Source of the DNA: an uncultured Nitrospinota bacterium
Lineage (GTDB): Bacteria > Tectomicrobia > Entotheonellia > J063 > CAVPRW01
Direction of reading: 5' to 3'
NCBI GenBank assembly: GCA_963707985.1
Contig: CAVPRW010000002.1
Location: 96,001 to 160,000 of the forward strand
Length of the DNA stretch: 64,000 nt
The notes under the pieces were generated by a model. That model ran no database searches. It was not told the origin of the DNA and saw nothing but the letters and a program-made list of their open reading frames with translations. The translations under genes and the position numbers were made by a program. This document shows, one piece after another, positions 1 through 10,284 of this stretch (positions are counted from its first letter, which is position 1; each line of letters begins with the position of its first letter).

Positions 1-1
1 T

Positions 2-3000
2 GAGATAGCGGATCAACAAGACCTGGCCTTTGATACCATGACTCGGGCCTTTACCGTCCGGCCGCTGACAGCGACACTGTTCGACCCCAAGAGCACCCCT
101 TTGCTGGACCGTACCCGCCTGACCAATCGCTGCCTACAGCAGGTGATGCGGAGCCTGTCGCTTAGCGTAGACGAGGATTCCCACAGCATTGGCCGGGTCA
201 ACTATGCCGAGTTGGGGGTCAACCAATTGGGCGCCGTCTATGAAGGTCTGCTCTCGTATAAAGGCATGTTCGCCGACCAGGAGCTGATCCAGGTCAAAAC
301 GGCTAGCGGCAATTTCCGGGATCCGAAGACGCCGACCTGGTTCGTTCCCAAAGATCGCCTGGGGGAATTCGCGCCCAGCGAGGTCGAACGTCTCGCCGAT
401 GGCAAACCACGCCTCTATCCGATGGGCACTTTCATCCTGCATCTGTCTGGGCTCGACCGCGAGCAGACGGCCTCATACTACACGCCTGAGGTGCTCACCA
501 AGGCCCTGGTGCAAGAAGCCCTGCGCGAGCTCCTGCACGACTATACACCCGAGGATGCCGACCGCATCCTCGCCTTGAAGATTTGCGAGCCGGCGATGGG
601 CAGCGGCGCCTTTGTAAACGAGGCGACGACGCAACTAGCCACCCATTACCTGGAGCTGAAACAGCAGCAACTGGGGCGAAGCCTCGATCCCGCCCGCTAC
701 CTCGATGAGCTTCGCCGGGTCAAGCACTTCCTGATTACACGCAACGCCTATGGCGTCGATCTGAACCCCATCGCCGTCGAGTTGGGAGCATTGTCGCTCT
801 GGCTCGGCGGTATTCATCGCTTGCTGGTCAAAGAAGGGGAGCAAGGCGGTCCAGACCTCTACCAGCCTGGCGCCACCCCCTGGTTCGGCCTGCGGCTGCG
901 CTGCGGCAATAGCCTCATTGGCGCCCGCCGTGCCGTGTGGACGATCGAGCAGCTACGACAGGGGCAGCATGCCAGCGCCGAGGCGGTGCCTCCCAGACTC
1001 TTGCGGCCCGGCGAGGCGCGCCAGCCGGATGAGGTGTACCACTTTCTGATCTTTGCCGCTGACATGGTGCCCGCCGCCCGTGATGCACTCATGCGTCAGC
1101 ACTGGCCCAGGCCTGCACCGCGGCCAGGACATGGCTAACGAAGCAGGTGCGGCCGAAATGGTCTGAGCCCGAGATCGCGCTCTTAAAAACCATCTGTGAC
1201 GCCATCGATCGACATTGGGCCAGCTATGCCCAGGAGCGTGCCCAGGCGTTGGAAGCCACCGCCTGCACCGCCAGTGTCTGGCCGACGCCGTCTGATGCGA
1301 TAGCGGCGTTGCGTCCTGGTCCGAGTCTCGACGAGCAGGAACGGATTCGCGCCCGCCTGGAGGCCGAAATCGGCAGCTTCCAACGCCTAAAACTGCTCAT
1401 GGATGCCTGGTGCGCCCTGTACTTCTGGCCGCTGGAGGCAGTGCAAGACCTCCCGACGCGAGCAGCAGTGGCTGGCGGCTGCCGAGCTGGTGATGGGTGA
1501 GGGAGTGCGAGATGCAGAAACGCGGCAGATGCTCAGCCTGCATCTGGGCATCGACATCGAGGCACTGTTCACGGCGACACGAGGTGATCTACCATCGACG
1601 CCCGACATCGCCGCACTGGTGCCCTGGTTCGACCACGCAGTCGTGATGGCGCAGGAGCAGCATTTTCATCACTGGGAGCTGGTGTTCCCCGAGGTATTGG
1701 GGCCGGCGGTGCCGGATCTGCCACCGCCGCGCGGCTTCGACCTGATTTTAGGGAATCCGCCGTGGATCAAAGTGGGCTGGAACGATGCGCCGCTATTGGC
1801 CGAATACAATCCCACCCTCGGCGTCAAAGAAGCCTTAAGCGCGGCATACAACAGTGAGCGGAGCAGCCTTCTCGAAGATCCTGATCGCCGTCTGGATTAC
1901 TCTCGGTTTTTTTGCAACGCGGCAGGCGTGTCGACGTTCCTGAACGACCGCGCCCTCTATCCCACGCTGGCCGGAGTGCAGACCAATCTGTATAAGAATT
2001 TCATTGCTCGGGCATGGGCTGTATTGGGCGAGTACGGAGTAGGTGGCTTGCTGCATCCGGAAGGGGTCTTCGATGATCCCAAAGGGGGAACATTCAGGGC
2101 GGCATATTTTCGGCGATTATTGGGTCATTACCAGGTCAAGAACGAGTTGTTGTTATTCGCTGATGTGCACGACGTGATGACTTTTAGCTTGAATATCTTC
2201 TCAGGCCGTGAAAGGGATGTGAATTTCAAGGCAATTTTCAACCTCTATACACCAGTTACCATCTCTGCGTGTTTGCAGCACGATCGTATTGAAGAGCCGA
2301 TTCCCGGCATCAAGACCGAGGATGGGCACTGGGAGACACGCGGACACGTGCGCCGTATCGTCACCATTACCGAGCGCGAGCTCGCACTTTTTGCCAAGCT
2401 CTTCGAGGATGCGGACACACCAGCGTTGGCAGCTCGCCTACCCCAGGTGCATAGCCAGGAGATTCTGCACGTGCTAGAGCACTTCGTCGCCGTGGACAGA
2501 CGTTTAGGGGATCTGCAGGGTGAGTATTTTGCCACCGTTATGTTTGACGAAACCTACGCACAGCGCGACGGCATCATCACTCGCCAGGATAATCCGAGCT
2601 ATCAGCCGACAACGGCAGATGAGTGGGTCATCTCTGGCCCCCACTTCTACGTCGGTACGCCGCTGAACAAATCGCCGCGCTCGCAATGCACTGCCAACAC
2701 GCACTACGACGACATCGACCTGACGGAGATCCCCGAGGACTATCTCCCGCGCGCCGTGTATCGCCCCGGCAACCGTGACGGTGATTTGACCCCCTTTTAT
2801 GGTGATATCCATGAATGGCCGAGGCCCAGCCATCCGGGGTTCTGGCCGGTGCGTAAAGAGGATATCCCATTCAGGGAACGATTACTTGGGGAGAAAGTCC
2901 GGCTCTACGGCATCGATCCAAGCAAACCAGGGGCGAAAACCGCCCGCCGATTCGCCTATTTTAGTGTGTGGGAAGGGCCTGTCGAAGAGGCTCTGGCCTG

Positions 3001-3937
3001 GTTGCGACAGTACAGGAACGATTTGGATATGGCAGCGTTCGCCAGACGATTTGAGGCTGTGCATTTGCAGCAGAGAGAACCGAGTACCAAGGAGATTCAG
3101 CGGCTCCCAATTCCAGTGACATCATTCCCGAAGTTTGCTGTTCGGGCGATGTGCCAACCCGCTAATGAGCACACTCTCATAGGCTCTCTCTCCCCTGCTG
3201 GCCCGACAGCGATCAATGCAGTTCGTTTTGTCACCTTCTCCGATACTACAAATTTGCTAAGGCTTGCTGCGTCATGTCTTTCCATATCTTTTGACTTTTT
3301 CATCAAGATTAAAGGTCGCTCAAATGTGCATGACGATGACCTGAGGGGCCTTCCATTGCTTGAAGGTGTACTTGGCAAACTCTCTGTCGATAGATGTCTT
3401 CGTCTCACATGCCTGACAACGGCTTACGCCGACCTCTGGACCGAAGTCACCGATGACCGCATCCGCAACGATGCCTGGACCAGCGATGATCCACGCCTTT
3501 GCCACGAGTATGAGCTGGCCTGGGCACAGCTCGACCCCACCCATTGGGAATGGAAGACTCCACTCCGCAGAGACTTCGCTCGGCGTCAGGCCTTGCTAGA
3601 AATCGATGTTCTCGTTGCCGTGGCGCTGGGGCTCACCCTTGACGAGCTACTGACCATCTACCGTGTGCAGTTCCCAGTCATGCGCGGCTACGAACTCGTG
3701 GACGAATACGACGCCAGAGGGCGGCACATTCCCAACACCGCCCGTAAGAACCAGGGTGCCAAAGAATTCCGCGACGCCCGAGACGTGTGGGATGGCCATA
3801 GTCCCCTTACTGTCTCCTGGCCGATCGACAACGGCCTGCGCACCGCCACCAAAACCTTCTACCCGCCATTCAGTATAGTGGACCGTGAAGCCGACTACAC
3901 CCGCGCCTACGAGCTGTTCAACGATCGGTACGAATAG
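2..3937 (+). CDS. Large type IIG/Eco57I-like N6-adenine DNA methyltransferase (DISARM DrmMI-like); 5'-partial and split by two frameshifts (~1110-1145, ~1460)
   Basis: ORFs 38-1138, 1147-1500 and 1403-3937 carry [17 protein letters not shown], motif [31 protein letters not shown] and motif IV GNPPW. The frame is open from base 2. Confidence 0.85.
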
Positions 3938-3994
3938 AGGGAAGCCCCATGGCTAAAAAGCCCAAGTTCATATACTACAGCAATCAGGACCTGT

Positions 3995-4135
3995 ATGACA
4001 TCCGCTGGGATGATCGTACCGCTGGCGGCCGGGATCGTTTCCAGTGCTGTTGATTTGCTTCCCGAGCATGGCAAAAGGTCTCCTCTGCGCGCCCTGGATG
4101 CATTACAATTGGCATCAGCTCAGGCTGTGGAAGGG
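3995..4135 (+). pseudogene. C-terminal fragment of a PIN/VapC toxin
   Basis: LRALDALQLASAQAV is a typical VapC C-terminal motif; no N-terminal DTS motif in this frame. Confidence 0.5.
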
Positions 4136-4250
4136 GAGCTGAGCCCCAAGGTGGGGGACAGGGATCGTAGGATGAGGTGGGGTTCCCTCATCGTCGGCGC
4201 GCAAATACACGAAATGGAACCAAACAGCGTGGCAAGATTGGAGTGAGATC

Positions 4251-4577
4251 ATGATTCCGAAGAAAGCCGGTCCACAAGAGCACATCACGCGTCTCGATTG
4301 GCTGCTGCACGAAAAGAGCAATGACATCAAGCAGATTGCTGCTCGACACGGCGCCTACAATATCCGGGTCTTTGGCTCCGTCGCGCGGGACGAGGCTGGC
4401 CCTGACAGCGATATCGACTTTCTCATTGATACCGGACTGGCCACCAGCTCTTGGTTTCCGGCGGGTCTCATCCTCGACCTTGAAGACCTCCTGGGCCGGA
4501 GAGTCGAGGTCGTCACGGAAAAGGCACTCAATCCCGACCTTCGCGACTGCGTGCTACGTGAAGCCATACCACTATGA
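4251..4577 (+). CDS. Minimal nucleotidyltransferase (MntA-type antitoxin)
   Basis: VFGSVARDEAGPDSDIDFL (GS-x-DxD motif) and LEDLLGRRVEVVTE. Confidence 0.9.
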   Translation: MIPKKAGPQEHITRLDWLLHEKSNDIKQIAARHGAYNIRVFGSVARDEAGPDSDIDFLIDTGLATSSWFPAGLILDLEDLLGRRVEVVTEKALNPDLRDCVLREAIPL

Positions 4578-4906
4578 AAGATGATGCTGTATACCTCCGT
4601 CATATCTTGGAGTGCATCCGGCGTATCGAGGCCAATGTCGCTGGAGGGCGTGAGCAGTTCCTGGAATCTCACACGCTTCAGGATGCTGTGTTACGAAACC
4701 TGCAGACGATGACTGAGTCAACCCAACGCCTGTCAGACGCATTGAAGATCGCCCATCCAGATGTCGAGTGGAGACGTATTATCGCCTTCCGCAATGTGCT
4801 CGTCCATGATTATCTGGGTATTGACCTGGAGCGGATCTGGGAAATTATCCAGCATGATATTCCCACGTTCAAGCAGGCCATCGCGGTTATGTTGGGTCAG
4901 AGATGA
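4574..4906 (+). CDS. HEPN/DUF86 ribonuclease toxin (HepT-like)
   Basis: RNVLVHDY (R-x4-H-x-Y motif); 4-nt overlap with the MNT gene. Confidence 0.9.
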   Translation: MKDDAVYLRHILECIRRIEANVAGGREQFLESHTLQDAVLRNLQTMTESTQRLSDALKIAHPDVEWRRIIAFRNVLVHDYLGIDLERIWEIIQHDIPTFKQAIAVMLGQR

Positions 4907-5073
4907 GAATAAAATATTTCAGGCGATTATCGATCAGGTGGTTGCAGCGTTTTTCTGGTGGCATCCCATTGGCTGATCTATAACACCTAAGTAAATCGAT
5001 CGAGGGAGACTATGAGTGGGCTAGCTTCGCGTAAGCGAAGTAGCGTCTCCAATCAAAGGAGATCGTCCGATTT

Positions 5074-5313
5074 ATGGATCAAGAATCGTTTGAGCAGGAT
5101 ATATTTGCCGTCCTGCGTCAAGTACCAGAGCAGCATCGCATGGCAATTTTAACGATGCTGCAGGATGTCGTGAAAGAGCAGTTTCACGGTAAGACGAAGC
5201 CAACGCAACCGGTATACAGTGTTGAGCGCCATCAAGAAATTCCCAAAATGACTACGACCATTCGCGGCACGTTGGCTGAAGCGATCACCACGGAGCGAGA
5301 GGAACGTGGCTGA
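5074..5313 (+). CDS. Small putative antitoxin
   Basis: 79 aa ending in EREERG, overlapping the start of a PIN-like N-terminus. Confidence 0.5.
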   Translation: MDQESFEQDIFAVLRQVPEQHRMAILTMLQDVVKEQFHGKTKPTQPVYSVERHQEIPKMTTTIRGTLAEAITTEREERG

Positions 5314-5458
5314 GGGGCACTCCACGTACTTTCTGGATACCAGCGCGTTGGCAAAACTCTACCACCAGGAGCCTGGCAGCGAGTTCGTAGAGGCATGGGC
5401 TAGCGATTGCCTCCGCGCGAGAAAAATCTGGCTGGAACGCAAGAGAGCGGAGACATGA
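5306..5458 (+). pseudogene. Truncated PIN/VapC toxin N-terminus
   Basis: Manual translation from GTG gives VAEGHSTYFLDTSALAKLYHQEPGSEFVEAW, stopping after 50 codons. Confidence 0.7.
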
Positions 5459-5898
5459 GCCTACCCGCGCTCCTACCGAATGGGTTTCTCCCGCCTGGTA
5501 TACACGCGGCGACACTACCGGATATCGTCGCCCAGTTTGGGATAGGTAACCCGCGGCGCCAGGAGTTGGGAACTCGCCTACAGGAACTACTTCGGGTGGC
5601 GCGATCTACAGGTACACTTCGCCATGCCTTCATCTATGGCAGCTTCGTTACAGACAAGCCATTCCCACGGGATCTCGATGTTTTTCTGTTCACGCAAGAA
5701 GGGTTTGACCGTGTCTTCAGGCAGCTGCCGCAATTGCAAAAGAACATATTCGAGCATGACCGTGCTCGGCTGATGTTCGAAGCCGATGTCTTCTGGGCAA
5801 CCGAGGCTATCGGGTTGAACGAACTCAATTCTTGGCTCAGTGTCTATACTATCCCGCGATATGATCGAGCGAGGCATTGTGGAGGTAATCTTCGGTGA
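5455..5898 (+). CDS. Nucleotidyltransferase-fold protein (DUF6932-like)
   Basis: GFLPPGIH and FIYGSFVTDKPFPRDLDV; ATGA overlap with the upstream fragment. The C-terminus may be frameshifted. Confidence 0.7.
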   Translation: MSLPALLPNGFLPPGIHAATLPDIVAQFGIGNPRRQELGTRLQELLRVARSTGTLRHAFIYGSFVTDKPFPRDLDVFLFTQEGFDRVFRQLPQLQKNIFEHDRARLMFEADVFWATEAIGLNELNSWLSVYTIPRYDRARHCGGNLR

Positions 5899-6092
5899 TA
5901 GAGACGATGGATCAATTTGAGCGTGCAGAAGAGGCCATTATCAAGATGAAGCGTTTCCTGCTTGCCGCTCGACGGACGCATAGTGCCGAGGCTTATGAGA
6001 CGCTAGCAGCCCCTATCTTGCGTGAATTGCAAGAGCGAGAGCGAGACGTGCTCATCTACTTGAGCCAAGCGTCAAGAGTGGCTGGCGGCTAG
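5895..6092 (+). CDS. Small hypothetical helical protein, probable partner of the upstream NTase
   Basis: GGAGG upstream; overlaps the previous stop codon. Confidence 0.5.
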   Translation: MIETMDQFERAEEAIIKMKRFLLAARRTHSAEAYETLAAPILRELQERERDVLIYLSQASRVAGG

Positions 6093-6242
6093 TGGCTAGC
6101 AGCTCGTGGTGAATGGCTCGTGGCTGGTAACTGGTGGGCATTGCTGTCTAACCATTGCTCACTAGCCGCTGTAGTCACTGACTCGGGACAAGGAACGACA
6201 ACGCGGTTAGGCATTACAAAGAACTCGTCGTGTGGAGGTTCC

Positions 6243-6876
6243 ATGCTTCCTGCCCACCTCGCCGAGAACATCCGCCAACAGGTGCTGTATTATCTCCAGT
6301 CCACCTTCGACTTTCGTGATAAGGGGGTGGAGCGGGCGTTTGAGCGCTTTCTCGATGACCCCGAGACGGGGGTGTTCAAAGGTCCATGGGTGCACCTGCG
6401 CCGCCCATTCCGGCCGGCACCTCCAGAGATAGCCCTGCCCTTCGATATCTATGTCCCATTCCCGCCGTTCCTCCATCAGTGGCGGGCCTGGGAGCGCCTG
6501 TCCAGTAGGGATCATCGGCCCCAGTCGACGGTCATCACCACCGGTACTGGATCGGGAAAGACCGAGTGTTTTCTCTATCCCATTCTCGACCATTGTCGCC
6601 GTGCGCGGCAGCAGGGACAGAAAGGCATCAAGGCCGTCATCCTCTATCCTATGAATGCCCTGGCGGCCGACCAGGAGAAGCGCTTGGCCCGGGTGATCTG
6701 GGACGATCCCGTGCTGAAAGCGAGTGGCATTCGTGTGGGCAATTATACTGGCCGCTACGATCCTGCAGACCCTGGTGCCAGCGCCGGGAGTGGGACCAGT
6801 GCTATGGGACCGGAATTTGGCATGAGCAACCACGCTGCCCAGCAGGAGCACCCGCCAGATATTCTCCTGACCAATG
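6243..6876 (+). pseudogene. N-terminal part of a DEAD/DEAH SF2 helicase (DUF1998-associated type), truncated
   Basis: HQWRAW Q-motif, TGTGSGKTECF, YPMNALAADQ and PPDILLTN; similarity then stops before motif II. Confidence 0.8.
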
Positions 6877-7833
6877 CCACGCGAAGCCCTGCAAGAGGAA
6901 TATGCCTGGGTTGTCGACCCCAACGGCATCGCGGATGAGGAAGCCTATCTGACGGCTGTCCGCTCAGGTCGATCGAGGATAACCCGCGAGCAACGACGCC
7001 AAGTGTGGGCTATCTTTCGGATGTTCCAGCGGGGCCTCCACAAGCACAACCTGCTCACCTTCGACGGCGCCATTAATCAGGCACGACTGGCGGTCGAACA
7101 TGGAAATTTTCAGCCATACGCGCATGTCTTGGTCGATGAGGTGCAAGATTTTAGCTTGGAAGCCCTGCGTCTGGTGCGGGCCCTCAGCCCAACAGCGGAA
7201 TCTGCACGTGATCCGCTGTGCCTGGTCGGCGATGGGCACCAGCGCATCTACCACACAAAGATCTCGTTGAGCCGGGCTGGCATCGACGTGCGTGGACGGT
7301 CACGCCGGTTGAAGGTCAACTATCGCACCAGCGAACAGATCCGCCAGTATGCTCAACGCATGCTACGTGGGACGGACATCGACGACCTCGCGGGAGGGAT
7401 AGCCTCGGTTGCTGGCGATCACTCGATCTTCAAGGGGCCAGAGCCGGTCATCATGCGGTGTCGAGACGCTCCCGCTGAAGCACACGCTGTCGTGGACTGG
7501 GTGCGGAATCTCATCGCGGGGCGGGAGATCAAACCCCATGAAGTCTGTGTGACTCCGTATAAGCCGCTGATCGTCCAGAGGTTGAACAGCGCTGGTATCC
7601 CGGCGCCCGAGCTGAGAGACCGGGAAGATCCGGGGGAGAAAGTGCCTGGAGTCCGGCTGGGAAGCATGAAACGGATTAAAGGGTTAGAATTTCGTGCCGT
7701 CGCTATGATGTGCGCCGATCGCCACGACCCGCGCGAGAATCGTCCCGATTTTGAAGCACTGAGCCGCTGCGAGCGCTATGTTGCCGCTACCCGTGCCAGA
7801 GAATATCTGCTCGTCACCCTACCGGAAGCATGA
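6874..7833 (+). pseudogene. C-terminal part of a UvrD-like SF1 helicase lacking Walker A
   Basis: VLVDEVQDF, VGDGHQRIY, LKVNYRTS, KGLEFRAV and YVAATRAR. Confidence 0.8.
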
Positions 7834-7959
7834 TGGCGACTTCTGACTCGGGCTGACGTGAGACAAATGCATGGCCGTAAGGACGCAGTATACCCCCTCG
7901 TCCTACCGCCATGCCTCGCCAACCGGACATGCGCAGTTGCGCTCGGGCATACATTCACC

Positions 7960-8055
7960 TCCTCTCCCCTGAGATAGGGCTGGGGTGAGGGAAACCCAGC
8001 AGCTCGATGACGCTCTACTCCCCTCACCCTGACCCTCTCCCGAAAGGAGAGGGAA
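7960..8055. repeat. REP-like palindromic intergenic element (CCCTCACCC...CCCTCTCCC...GGAGAGGG family), two inverted units
   Basis: gggctggggtgaggg followed by cccctcaccctgaccctctcccgaaaggagaggg. Confidence 0.6.
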
Positions 8056-8168
8056 GATGGCATAGTGGCTCCTGCAACACCCTGACGCGCACCTAGACGA
8101 GTTGGTGGCGTTGACAGAGAGTGAAGTGGCATGTTAAGAGTGTCCACGAACACTGATTCGGAGGGCAC

Positions 8169-9227
8169 ATGACTACGAGCACTGACCGATTTCTGAGAGC
8201 TTGTCGGCGCCAGCCAGTTGATTGTACCCCGGTGTGGTTCATGCGGCAGGCGGGGCGTTATATGGCTGCATACCAGGCGTTGCGCCAGCGCTATTCGCTC
8301 CTCGACCTGTGTAAAACGCCAGAGCTGGCGGCCGAGGTGACGCTGCAACCCGTTCAGCGGCTGCCGGTTGACGCCGCGATTATCTTCACCGACCTGCTCA
8401 TTCCATTGGAACCGATGGGGGCAAGACTGGTCTTCGCACCGCATGAAGGGCCGGTGATCGAGAATCCAATCCGCTCGGCCTCGGATGTCGAGGCGCTGCG
8501 CACGGTCGATCCCCAAGCAGACCTGGCCTTCACCCTCGAGGCGATCCGGATGGTGTGCCGTGAACTCGATGGGAAGGTACCATTGATCGGTTTCGCCGGA
8601 GCCCCATTCACCCTGGCCAGCTATCTCATCGAGGGAAGTGGGTCGCGCCATTACATTCAGACGAAACAGTTGATGTACCACCAACCGGAGGCTTGGCATG
8701 GGCTTCTGGACAAGCTGGCCTCCGTAGCTACGGCGTTTTTACAAGCGCAAATCGCCGCGGGTGCGCAGGTAGTACAACTCTTCGACAGCTGGGTGGGCTG
8801 TCTTTCCCCAGATGACTATCGCCGCTATGTGCTGCCATACACCAAGCAGGTGATCGACGGGCTGCGCAATGCCGGCGCCCCAGTCATTCATTTCGGCACC
8901 GACACGGCGATGTTACTCGACGTCATGCGCGAAGCCGGAAGCGATGTGATTGGCGTGGATTGGCGCATCCCCCTCGACGATGCATGGCGCCGTATCGGGC
9001 CCGACGTGGGCATTCAGGGGAATCTCGATCCGGTGGTGTTGTTCGCCCCGCTGCCGGAAATCGAGCGGCGCGTGGAGGATATCATACAGCGGGCTGGGAA
9101 CCGGCCTGGCCATATCTTTAACCTCGGCCATGGTATCTTGCCGGAGACGCCCGTCGAGCATGTGTATGCCGTGGCCGACCTGGTACATGCGCGTAGCGCC
9201 CGGAAGAAGCAGAGTGTTGAGGGATAA
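8169..9227 (+). CDS. hemE: Uroporphyrinogen decarboxylase
   Basis: PVWFMRQAGRY, IGFAGAPFTLASY, QGNLDP and FNLGHG. Confidence 0.97.
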   Translation: MTTSTDRFLRACRRQPVDCTPVWFMRQAGRYMAAYQALRQRYSLLDLCKTPELAAEVTLQPVQRLPVDAAIIFTDLLIPLEPMGARLVFAPHEGPVIENPIRSASDVEALRTVDPQADLAFTLEAIRMVCRELDGKVPLIGFAGAPFTLASYLIEGSGSRHYIQTKQLMYHQPEAWHGLLDKLASVATAFLQAQIAAGAQVVQLFDSWVGCLSPDDYRRYVLPYTKQVIDGLRNAGAPVIHFGTDTAMLLDVMREAGSDVIGVDWRIPLDDAWRRIGPDVGIQGNLDPVVLFAPLPEIERRVEDIIQRAGNRPGHIFNLGHGILPETPVEHVYAVADLVHARSARKKQSVEG

Positions 9228-9294
9228 GTGGGAGGAGGCCAGACTCGTCAGCGCTCATGGCTCAGCCTTGACCTCTAAGAGTGAGGATGTGCTT

Positions 9295-10284
9295 GTGAAG
9301 CTTCACGTCTCATCTGTATCGACCGCCGAGATGACCGGTGTCCTGCTGATGGCCCATGGCAGCCCGGACAACCTTGACGACATGGGCACCTACCTCCAGC
9401 ATGTGCGCGGCGGACGTGCCACCCCACAGGCGCTGGTGGACGATATTCGGGGGCGCTACCAGTTGATCGGTGGCCGCTCGCCGTTGCTCGATCTGACACG
9501 TGCCCAGGGGCAGGCGTTGGAGGAGCGTTTAAACACCAACGCCAGACGCTTTCGGGTCTATGTCGGCATGCGGCACTGGCACCCATTTATCAAGGACACC
9601 GTGGCGCAGATGGTGCAGGATGGTATTCAACGTCTCGTGGCGGTGAGTATGGCGCCACAGTATTCGCCACTCAGCGTGGGTGCCTATCGACGCGCCCTGG
9701 AAACGGCTCAGTCAGCGTTGGGGGCCAGTCTAGAGATGACGATCGTCACCAGCTGGCATGATCACCCAGGGCTCCTCCAGGCATTCGCGGAGCGCGTGCA
9801 GGAGGTTTACCAGCAGCTTAACCTTGAAGGACAAGCCCAGTTAAGCGTCGTCTTCACCGCTCACAGCTTGCCAGAACGTGTCCTGGCAGAAGGCGATCCC
9901 TATCCCCACGAGGTTGAGCGCACCGCTGCGGGAGTGGCCAGGTTGCTGGGATTGACGACCTGGGAGATCGCCTATCAGAGTCAGGGAGCGACCGCGGAGG
10001 CCTGGCTGGGCCCGACACTCGATGAAGTATGCGCACGTGCGGCAATGCAGGGCCGGAGAGCGCTTTTACTCGTGCCCGTCGGCTTTGTCTGCGATCATGT
10101 GGAAATCCTCTACGACATCGATATCTTGGCGCAGAAGGTTGCCCGGGAGAAGGGCTTACGCCTCATGCGCACGGCCTCACTGAACACCTCATCGACTTTC
10201 ATTGACGCTTTGGCACACGTGGTTGAGTCCCACTTGCCTGATGGGCACCCCGCGCCTGCCCAGGCCACAAGGAACGATCGATGA
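9295..10284 (+). CDS. hemH: Ferrochelatase (coproporphyrin type likely); start 9295 GTG or 9331 ATG
   Basis: VLLMAHGSP, GMRHWHP, FTAHSLP, AYQSQG, WLGP and GFVCDHVEILYDID. Confidence 0.95.
   Translation: MKLHVSSVSTAEMTGVLLMAHGSPDNLDDMGTYLQHVRGGRATPQALVDDIRGRYQLIGGRSPLLDLTRAQGQALEERLNTNARRFRVYVGMRHWHPFIKDTVAQMVQDGIQRLVAVSMAPQYSPLSVGAYRRALETAQSALGASLEMTIVTSWHDHPGLLQAFAERVQEVYQQLNLEGQAQLSVVFTAHSLPERVLAEGDPYPHEVERTAAGVARLLGLTTWEIAYQSQGATAEAWLGPTLDEVCARAAMQGRRALLLVPVGFVCDHVEILYDIDILAQKVAREKGLRLMRTASLNTSSTFIDALAHVVESHLPDGHPAPAQATRNDR

Noticed and set aside
3995..5458. The two PIN fragments as halves of one interrupted gene
   Set aside because: The C-terminal piece lies upstream of the N-terminal piece, so simple insertion cannot explain them.
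7776..8699. 307-aa minus-strand ORF
   Set aside because: Antisense shadow of hemE running through the REP-like repeat; no motifs.
8950..9294. N-terminal extension of the ferrochelatase ORF
   Set aside because: Overlaps hemE in another frame; similarity starts at about 9331.
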